Source: Blastocladiella emersonii ATCC 22665 (taxonomy: Eukaryota > Fungi > Blastocladiomycota). From it: a stretch of 64,000 nt of DNA. Positions within the stretch are counted from its first letter, which is position 1. Each line of letters starts with the position of its first letter. Below the pieces are notes generated by a model. The model did not search any database. It was not told the DNA's origin and saw only the letters and a program-made list of their open reading frames with translations. The translations under genes and the position numbers were made by a program. Positions 55,747-64,000 of this stretch are shown here, one piece after another. The DNA is taken from positions 806,001-870,000 of the forward strand of contig JANHCV010000003.1 of NCBI GenBank assembly GCA_025594325.1. The letters are read 5' to 3'.

Positions 55747-57491
55747 AGCTTCAACGCAACCGACCCCCTCAAGCAGGGCCAGAGTAAAGGGGTACGAGTC
55801 GATGTGTACTGGAAGGTCTCCCCGAAGCGGAGTGTGCCCTCTCACCAACCAAGCTCGCACAGCCGAGTCTCGAGTGCAAGCTTGCTGTGCGACTTGCGCG
55901 CAAGGCCGTTGTCAATGTTACGTGTGGAGAGGAAAGACCGTTTCATTCCGTAGAGCACAAGTTTTTCGTCTTCAGCCAACTGCGGTGAGCCGCGAACACG
56001 GCCACGGCCGGCAAACCGGAGCGGTGCGGTGAAAGCCGATTTGTTTGATCGGCGCGTGACTGTGGCTGTGGCGCAACGCGTCCATGGTGGGAATTTTCGC
56101 CGCCGAAGTCGGGCCGCCGCGTGCTTGTTACAGAGCGCTCTCACGCGTTCGAGGGGGACAATCTCGTCAGTGGGCGACATCATGCAACCTCAGCGATGAG
56201 ATCTCGATTTCGAGCTCGCCTCGCCTCTCTCTCTCTCGCAACAACGCTCCTAACAACGCTCCGTGTTCGCAGCGAGGTTGAGGCCATTTCGCATCCTCGC
56301 GGGGGAGCGCGAGCGGGTAAACTGATTTCTGCCCGAGCACGGACAAGCTCTTTGAACGGCGGTCCGCCTTCAGGAGGAAGTCGGGGCGAGAGAGGAGTAG
56401 CTCGCTCGACGGGTGCGGTGCTGGTCGACGTTCGCGCCGAGAGCGCGTGCGGATCCCAACAGGATCTTTCTCTGCGAGGATGGCGACGTTCAGCGGTCTC
56501 AGGAGTGACATGCACGCGCACATGAAGCAGCAAGTAGAGAATGTAGCAAGCAGTCGGCTACGAGTCCCGCTCGAACCACTCCAGCCGTACTTGGGCCGAG
56601 AAGCGTGTCCGTCGAGAGTCATGAAAGCCGGTGTCTGAGAGAGTGAGTGAGGATGGGCGAGCTCAAGAGCTCAAGGGCTGACGAACGAGGACGTCCAGTC
56701 CCGGGTCAGGTCCCACCGCGCATCGTTCGACCCGCTCGGTTTCTCCGGTTCTTGCGTTGATTGCGTTACATTGCGGGGAGTCGAAACCTGTCAACGGCGC
56801 TCTGGCATTGCCTTCGCCGCGGTGGAAGCAGTGTTGTCCCGAACGCCGGTCACGACGGATCCCACCGCCTGTCTCGCACCCGCGCTTGCGTGACGGCGGC
56901 GTCGACCACGTTGGTCTCCGCACCGGACGCTTCCGCTCGTTTGGCGGTTTGCCGCGCTGCTTCCACTGGCGGTGCGGAGCGATGCTCGGTCGCCGCTCTC
57001 CAACTGTGCTCCCACTCGTCCCGCTCCTTACTCTCGCCGCATCGTCCACGCGCGCGGCCAACTGCACAGCCGAGTGCCCGCAGTTGAGGTCAGACCGCGC
57101 TTGGTCCGATCGAGTCCTTTGCGCTGCTGAGTTCATCGTTGTCAGCGGGCAGCGAAACGCCACAACTGACCAGTTTTTTGCGGGCCGCTCGCGGACTGCG
57201 CCACCTGGCAGTGACACACTAGCCGCGGCCATGAGACCGTCCGCTTCCTTCAGCCGTGGGCCGTCGTCGCTGAGTGGTCGAGGAACTCATAACCGAGCCC
57301 TCGCCATAATTGTTACATGCACGCTCGATCCGCCCCTGGACCGACGCAACAGTTGCGCACCTTTTCCCTTAGAGTACCTCGCCTACAAAGCTGGGCGGCT
57401 CCCCCCGTCCACCCTCTCTCTCGCTCCTCAATCCAGCTCGGAACAGACATCGCATCCTCTTCATCGCCATTGCATCCCCACAGCATTCAAC

Positions 57492-58900
57492 ATGAAGACC
57501 GCCGCCATCTGCTCCAAGCACCAGTCGCTCCGCACGCGCAAGGTCGTTTCGGTCACGCCCGTCGTCGCCTCGGTCGCCGCCCCCGGGACCAAGAAGGTGA
57601 CGCTCGCCCACGTCGCGGCCCTGCCCACGTCGCGGCCCTGCCCACGTCGACGGCCGCGACCCCGACCTCGACGACCACCAGCTCGTGCGCCAGCAACGAC
57701 AAGACCACGGCCAAGTCGGTGACGTCGCCCCTCCACGGTGACGCTACCCTCAAGGCCAACACCCCCGCGCCCGCCTCGGACAAGAAGAAGACGAAGAACC
57801 AGCCCGGCAAGCTCAACTTCTCCACCTTCAAGCCCGTCACGGCGCGCCTCGCGGCGCTCGCTGCGAAGCTGGTCCTCGTCGCGCGGCCTAGTGGCAGCAA
57901 GGCGCGCGACGGTGGCAAGGACCCGCTTCAGCAGCAGCAGCCGCACCCCCAGGACAAGATCATCATCATCAAGGAGCAGCAGCAGCCGCAGCACCAGGAG
58001 GACGTGGCCGGCTCGGACCACGCCAAGTCGCGCCGCGACTCCGGCACCTGCGCTCAAGCTCAGCTCGTGGACCTCGAGGCCTCGGCTTCGGTCCACAGCT
58101 CGACGCTCAATCTCGAAGCCGGCCTCGGCGAGGACGTGGACGTGGCCACCGACGACGACCGGCAGCAGCAACAGGCCAGTAGCAGTGGCACTACGGCCGT
58201 CGCTGTGCTCGATCCCGTCGTCGTCGAGGACGCGGTCCCCATCGAGAACCAGACCCAGGTCGCCCAGGCCCAGGTCGTCCAGGTCGCCCAAGTGCCCGAA
58301 CCCGTCGTCGTCTTTGAGTACTCGCCGGCCGTCGCCGCGGCGGCGCTGTACCGGGTCCTCGACGAGTACAACGCCCGCGGCGGCACCGAGCCGGTCGCGG
58401 CGGCCGCGGCCATGGTCGCGCACGGCTTCCAGATCGAGTCGCCGCTCGGCATCGCGCCGTACGTGTGCGGCGACAACCAGCAGCGCGACGGTCGCAAGAT
58501 GCCGCCCACCGTGCAGGGCCAGGTCATGGTCACTGGCGGTAACCTGAAGCTCACCAAGTACGAGTACGCCGCGCGCGAGGCCGCGCCCGTCGTCATGCCG
58601 CGGCCCGTGCTCGACAATCAGGGCAAGGTGGTCAACGCGGCGGCCGTCGCGCGGCGCATCGTGGCGGCCAACGAGTCGCTCGTCGAAGCTCTGCGCGCCG
58701 CCATCGGCGCGCTGCCTCGCGACGCGTTCGAGCGGCTCGATGCGCTCGAGCAGCTCGGCACCGAGTACCCGGCCCTCGCCAAGCTGTGCCTGTTCGTGGC
58801 GTTCCAGTGCATCGACGACTGTATCACGGTCACCTTCGAGGCCGACCACTGCCGCGACGCGTGGGTCAAGGTCGGCATGTCCCGCATCCAGGCCATCTGA
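57492..58900 (+). pseudogene. Orphan gene interrupted by a 17-bp tandem duplication (frameshifted allele, pseudogene or assembly artefact)
   Basis: MKTAAICSKHQSLRTRK... and ...PTSTAATPTSTTTSSCASNDK...SRIQAI* lie in different frames. Removing one GCCCACGTCGCGGCCCT unit (57606-57639) restores one continuous ORF. Confidence 0.65.
57606..57649 (+). repeat. 17-bp tandem repeat, 2 full copies plus a 10-nt partial copy
   Basis: GCCCACGTCGCGGCCCT x2 followed by GCCCACGTCG. Confidence 0.95.
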
Positions 58901-59154
58901 GCCCGCGGTTGCCGCGAGTTTCTTGACCGTTATACCCTAAACGTGTTTCTACCTCATGTCCTAAATCACGCACTCGCGCATGATGATACATCGTTTTTCT
59001 TCCACATATAAGTTATCGTTTGTTTCTCACTATCATGGTCTCTGAGTCTCATGATCGCCTCGTTCGAGTTCTCTCGCAGCAATCGCTTGTCCATGAGAAT
59101 CGTCGTGGAGTGAATCGCAAATGTATTCCCCAGCCGCGCCGGCGAGCGAGTGGT

Positions 59155-60386
59155 TTACTTGCGCTTCTTCTTGCTCGCCATCTTCTTGGCCTTGCGCTCC
59201 TCGTTGCGCTTGTTGATGTTGTCGTTGCGCTTCTTGATGCGGGACTGGAGGTCCTCGTCGGCGGTGCGCTTGCGGTCGCCCCACTCCTGCGTGCGCTTCT
59301 CCTTGGCCTTCTCCTTGCGCTTGACGGCCTTCTTGAGCAGCTTGACGTCGTCCTTGACCTTCTCGCCGGCGGCCTGGAGCATGGCCTTGCGCCACGCCTG
59401 CTTCTCCTGGACGGCCTTGGCCTTCTCGGGGTTCAGCTCGGCGAGCTCGGCGATGCGCTCCTTCTCCTTCTCGACCTTGGCGAGCTGCGCGCGCACGTCC
59501 TTGTTCGCGGGGCCCTTCTTCTTGGCCTTCTCCTCGCCAAAGTCGACCTTGCCGAAGCTGATGTTCTCCTCGATGCCCGCTGCGGACTTGCCGCCCTTGT
59601 TCTTGCCGTTGGCCGAGGCCTTGGCGCCGGCGGACCGCGAGTCGGTCGCGTCCTTGCCGAGGATCTGCCCGTCGTTGGACTCCTTCTTGATCTGGTCGAT
59701 CTGGCGCTGCTTCTTGTGCTTCTGCTTCTTCTCCTCGCGCTTGGCCTTCTTGCCCTCGGCCGTGATCTTGGCCTTTTTGGCGATCTTCTTGGGGTTGGTC
59801 GGTGTCCGTGCCGCGGAGAGCGCGGCGCGGTGCTCCTTGATGGTGCGCGCGGGACCGCGGGCGGGCTCGTCGACGTCCGAGTCGTCGTCATCCAACGCGT
59901 CGTCGGCCTCGGCCATTTCGGCGTCCTCGGCGTCATCGTCGTCGTCCGAGCCCGACTCGGCGTCGGAGCCGGCCTTAGCGGACGCAGCCTTGGCCATGGC
60001 GGACTGGCGCGCGCTCACGGCGGTGGTGTCGACGAGGTCGAGCTTGGCCTTCTTGGCCTTGGGGCCGGGCGCGTCCATCCCGCGCTTCTTGTGGTGGTAG
60101 CGCGACTCCTGCGGGAGGTCGAGGGGATCGGGTCAGTCGCGACGTTTCGCCGACCCACGATCGTTGCGGATCGAGCCGTACCAGCATCTGCTCATGGTCG
60201 GTCGCGATCCAGTACTGCGACGGCACGAGGTCGACGAGGTCGTTGATCGCCTTGCTCGTGGCGGCGATGCACGCCTAGTGGATGCCGAGTTCGCAGTCAG
60301 CGCTCGGTCCGTGTCAGGGCGCGCAGCCCGGGTCCATTCAGATGCATTGCAGGAACCTTGAGTTCGTCCAGGCTAGGGGAATCCAT
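59155..60386 (-). CDS. RRP14: SURF6/Rrp14 nucleolar ribosome-biogenesis protein
   Basis: Spliced N-terminus MDSPSLDELK-ACIAATSKAINDLVDLVPSQYW (Rrp14-N-like) and SURF6 C-domain ISFGKVDF...WRKAMLQAAGEKVKDDVKLLKKAVKRKEKAKEKRTQEWGDRK. Confidence 0.9.
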
Positions 60387-60613
60387 GGTTGGTGAGGTTA
60401 CCGTGATCAGGGAAAGCACGGCGCGTGTGGCGCTTCGGGTCGACGTTGCTCGCGAGGCGCGCGCCTCGATGCGTCGCGGTCACATGACCGGTTGCTGGGC
60501 TCTCAAATCTTTGATTAGTTCATGAATCTCGCGCGTCGCAACCGCACAGAGATGATAAATAAACATGAATGAACGATTCAAAGGCAAAACAACCAGATTG
60601 GTACACACACGCG

Positions 60614-63600
60614 TCACCCTTGGACCGCCGCCCCCGCCGCGGCCGCCGCAGCTGCAGCCGCTGCCCGTCCGCGGACGCGGTCGAGGAACTGGGACGCCGA
60701 GTAGGCGGGCGACATGGAGTAGAAGAAGGGGTCGACCTCGTTGCCGTTGAAGACGCAGTGGACGCGCATCGCGTCCGAGTAGTGCAGGCCGCACAGGAGC
60801 TTGGGCGTGATCAAGAAGTACTGCGGCGACCCCGGCTTGGCCGCGGACTCGACGAGCAGCTTGTGGATCATGCGCTCGTTGTGCTCGTCCATGCCCTGGT
60901 TGATCTCGTCGACGAGGCGGAACGGCGCGTTCGAGAACTCCTGCAGCGACAGCAGGAACAGGATGGTCGTGACGGCGCGCTCCTATACACGGGCGACGGC
61001 GAGGTCAGTGAGCGGGCGGAGCGCACACAAGAGTCTCGGCGAGCAGCGAGCACACGTACCCCTCCAGACTGGCGCGACTTCTCGAGGACCTGCAGCTCCT
61101 GCGACGCGCGGAACTTGACGCGGATCTCGAGCGCGTACTCGGCAAACTTGTCGGCCTTGCGCAGCGACACCTCGCCGGCGCACCGGATGTGGGCAAAGTA
61201 GTTGGAGAAGTTGGTCGAGACCGTCTGCAGCAGCTCCTCGAGGACGGGCAGCCACTCGTCCTTGACCTTGTTGCGCTTCTCGATCATGGCGTTGAGCTCG
61301 GCGCGCTGCTCCTCGTTCTGGCCGAGCATGCGCTCGATCTCGGCCGCGCGCGTCTCGTACGTCTCGATGACGCTGTCGTCCGTGTTGCGCACGGCGCCGA
61401 GCTGCGTCTCGAGGTCGTCGAGGTGCTGGTTGAGCCGCTCGATCTCCTGCGCGATGGGCAGGTCGGCGAGCTCGTACTCGGCGCGCAGCGTCTCGAGCTG
61501 CTCCTTGAGGTGCTCCTTGGAGTCGGCCTTGGCTTCGAGCGTCGCCTCCTCCCACTTGGACTTGATGTCGCGCGCATCGCGCGCGCGCTCCTGCGTGTGG
61601 TTGCGGTTGAGGTTGAGCGACTGCTCGCACTCCTTGAGCTGCGCGCGCAGGTCCTGCTGCGACTCGGCCATGGCCGCGGCCCGCGAGCTGCACAGCGCCG
61701 CCTGCAGCGTCGCCACGCGCTTGGCCGAGAGGTACCCGGGCACGCGCCGCACGTAGTCGTGCACCGTGAGCGCCGCGTTGGCCTTTTCGGTCGTGATGGT
61801 GTCCAGCTCGCGCTCGAGGCGGTCGAGCTCGACCTGCAGCGCCGCGGGGCGGGCCTCGAGCTCGGCGACCTGGCGCTGCGCCGTGGTGACGCGACGCCGA
61901 AGTGACGTGAGCTCGCCCGCAGCAGCACCGAGATTCTTGAGCTGCTGCTGGTACGCCGACCGCTCGCGGGCAATCTCCCTGGCTTCCTTCTCGCGGTCTT
62001 GGAGGCGCTGCGACCGGTCCTGCATCTTGTGGTTGATCTCCTCGTACCGCTGGCGGCACTCGATCAGCTCGCCCTCGATGTGCTCGCGCTCGATGCCGGC
62101 CTGGTAGCCGTTGTCGATGTTGAGCCACTGCGGCACGCCCGAGAGCGCGTTCGAGACGAGGACCGGGTTGTTGGGGTCACTCGCGTGCGTGCGCACGTTG
62201 CAGTACGTGTTGGCCGTCACGTACGACTGCAGCCCGCTGCGCATGACGACCTCGTGGTTGACGTTATCCGCGGGCGAATACGGGATGTTGTTGAGCTGGC
62301 GGTTGGTGCACAGGTAGTTCATGACGAACTCGTCGGCGGTGACCATGTCGGCGAGCGTGGTCTCGAACCCGAGCTCGCGCAGCTGCTCGGGCGTGTGCGA
62401 GTGGCGAACCTCCCGCATGCGGTGCTGGAACACGGAGATGTCGACGCGGTTCGGGCCGTCGACAAAGTGGTTGGCGAGCAGGTGGTAGTCGTCGGCTTCC
62501 TCGACAATGTAGGTGCGCAGCAGGAACGGCACGCCGACGACCGACTCGACGACGTTGAGCCCGCGCTGCTGCTTCGGGGTGAGCTCGAGGATCAGCGGGC
62601 CGAAGACGCGGCCCTTGAACTTGTCGGCGTTCTCCTTGACCCAGCGCGCGGCGTAGCCCAGGTTCTGGTCATGCTGGGAGAGCCTCTGGTAGCGGTCGTT
62701 ACCGCGCTGGCGGAGCGCGTGGAGCCGCGCCTCGAGCTCGGTCATGGTCGCCCGCGTCCCCTGCTCGAGATTCTCGGCGCTACGGAGATCTTCGTGCGCC
62801 TGCGCCGCAGCGAGGCGCGCCTCGGTGAGGCGGTCGTTGATGGGCTGCATCTCGGCCTCGATGCGTGTCTTCTCCTCGGCGTTGGCCTGGACCCGGGCCT
62901 CGCAGTCGGCGTACTCGCCCAGGAGGCGCTCGTGCTCGGCACGGTGGCGATCGAGCTTGCCAATGACCGCCGTCTTCTCGTTGCGGTGCTCGACGATCCG
63001 GGCCGAAATGTCGTCGGCGCGCTGCACGAGGCGCTGGTGGGCGGTGCGGAACGTGTCGAGGCGCTTGATGGCGTCGTCGAGCATGCGCGAGGGGTTGACC
63101 ATGGCGCGCTTGAAGTGGTCGGACTGCGAGCGGAGGTGTGCGAGGTCGGCCTCCATGGGCGCAAGCTCCTCGGTGAGCCGCTTCTGCGTGGCCTCGAGGT
63201 CCTGCTTGATGGCGGTGAGCTCGGTAAGGCGCTCGCGGATCTGGTTGTAGCGCGCGATCCACAGCAGCACGCGGGTCAGGGCGGCCTTCTGGCGCATCTG
63301 CGTGCGGTTGCGGATGCGCTGGTACTGGTTCTCGATGGCGCGGTTCTTGTCGACAAGCGTGTCGATCTCGCCCTGCAGGTGGACCACGTTCTACGAGTTA
63401 CGCGCAGCGGAGGTCAGTTTCGGGTCGGGGTCGGGGTCGCGCGACGAACTGCCCCGCAGGTCGTACCTGCTCGAGCTCGTGGACATCCTTGTCGAGGGCG
63501 ATGAGCGTGTCGTGCTTGGCGACCATGTTGGGCGGGCCAGCGGCGTCCTCGACCTTGCGCAGCAGCTCCTCCTCGCTCAGGCCCGCGAGCTCCGAGACCT

Positions 63601-63979
63601 TTTCCTGCGGCAGGAACTGGCTATACACGAGCAAGCGAGTAACCGGGTCAGTGAATGGTCGCACTTACACGGACTTCGAGCAAGACGCATCGTACCAGAT
63701 GTTGTCGACCTGGATGCGCAGCGTGTTGAGCTGGGTCTCGACCTGCTTCTGCTTGGCCTTGATGCCGTTGATGAAGAAGGTCGAGACCTTGTGGCCCTTG
63801 TCGATGATGCGCTTGATGACGATCGGGCGGGGCGACTCGCTGCCGCCCGAGAGGTGGATCTCGACCTCGGCCTTGCCGTCGGCCGAGTTGTTGCGCACGT
63901 AGTCCCACACGTCGTTACCGCGGCCCGTCACCTTGGGCGAGCTGGCGAGGCCGACGGCGAGGGCACACACAACGGTCGA
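60614..63979 (-). CDS. SMC5: Structural maintenance of chromosomes protein 5; 5' end (Walker A) lies beyond the right edge
   Basis: [28 protein letters not shown], coiled coils and hinge, signature [19 protein letters not shown], Walker [14 protein letters not shown] and [10 protein letters not shown]. Confidence 0.95.
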
Positions 63980-64000
63980 CTAGACGCAGTCCGCGGCGAT

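Noticed and set aside
60275-60356. RRP14 first intron with an unusual GTTCCT donor, considered as a minor (U12) intron
   Set aside because: It does not match the U12 donor RTATCCTT, and no TCCTTAAC branch site is present. It is treated as a weak U2 intron.
4813-63979. CAP-G, SMC5, BRCT, JmjC and SET genes as a chromosome-maintenance gene cluster
   Set aside because: They are spread over 60 kb among unrelated housekeeping genes. Chance co-location in a compact genome is sufficient to explain this.
1-64000. Alternative genetic code, selenocysteine readthrough or programmed frameshifts
   Set aside because: Every apparent in-frame stop in the conserved genes is resolved by a canonical GT-AG intron, and TAA, TAG and TGA are all used as real stops.
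1-64000. tRNA, rRNA, snRNA, CRISPR array or intact transposon/retroelement
   Set aside because: By eye I found no T-loop/D-loop cloverleaf, repeat-spacer array, RT/integrase/transposase motif or terminal repeats. A formal tRNAscan/Infernal/RepeatMasker run is still needed.

Overview
This is a gene-dense eukaryotic window, not a prokaryotic one. It is high-GC (about 70% in most coding regions by spot counts), uses the standard code, and has short GT-AG spliceosomal introns (51-82 nt, mostly GTACG/GTGCG donors and CTRAC-type branch points). Gene content and intron style suggest an early-diverging zoosporic fungus, probably Blastocladiomycota; this is inference and no search was run. About 24 genes can be reconstructed. 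Recognisable ones, left to right: MDM1/SNX13-like PXA-RGS-PX-PXC nexin (runs off the left edge), a small spliced ASDURF-like prefoldin gene missing from the ORF track, condensin CAP-G, a USP16/45-like deubiquitinase, JMJD5-like JmjC, an F-box protein, a SMY2/GIGYF GYF protein, CFT1/CPSF1, LTO1, MRI1, a NOL1/NOP2/Sun m5C methyltransferase, DSC2/UBAC2, a bacterial-type FtsX/MacB-like permease, a coiled-coil/BRCT protein, a DUF4470 protein, a small SET protein, RRP14/SURF6 and SMC5 (runs off the right edge). Several low-complexity orphan genes lie between them. Most long ORFs in the supplied track are antisense or off-frame shadows caused by high GC. No tRNA, rRNA, CRISPR array or intact transposon was recognised. 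Best leads: (1) the ASDURF homologue 114 nt upstream of CAP-G and the MRI1-methyltransferase pair separated by 32 nt, both candidate bicistronic arrangements; (2) an orphan FtsX-type permease with no ATPase partner in the window; (3) a 6-nt micro-exon in DSC2; (4) an orphan gene frameshifted by a 17-bp tandem duplication, whose first 38 coding bases recur exactly 44 kb away in a lower-GC island. All homology calls come from remembered motifs and need database confirmation.
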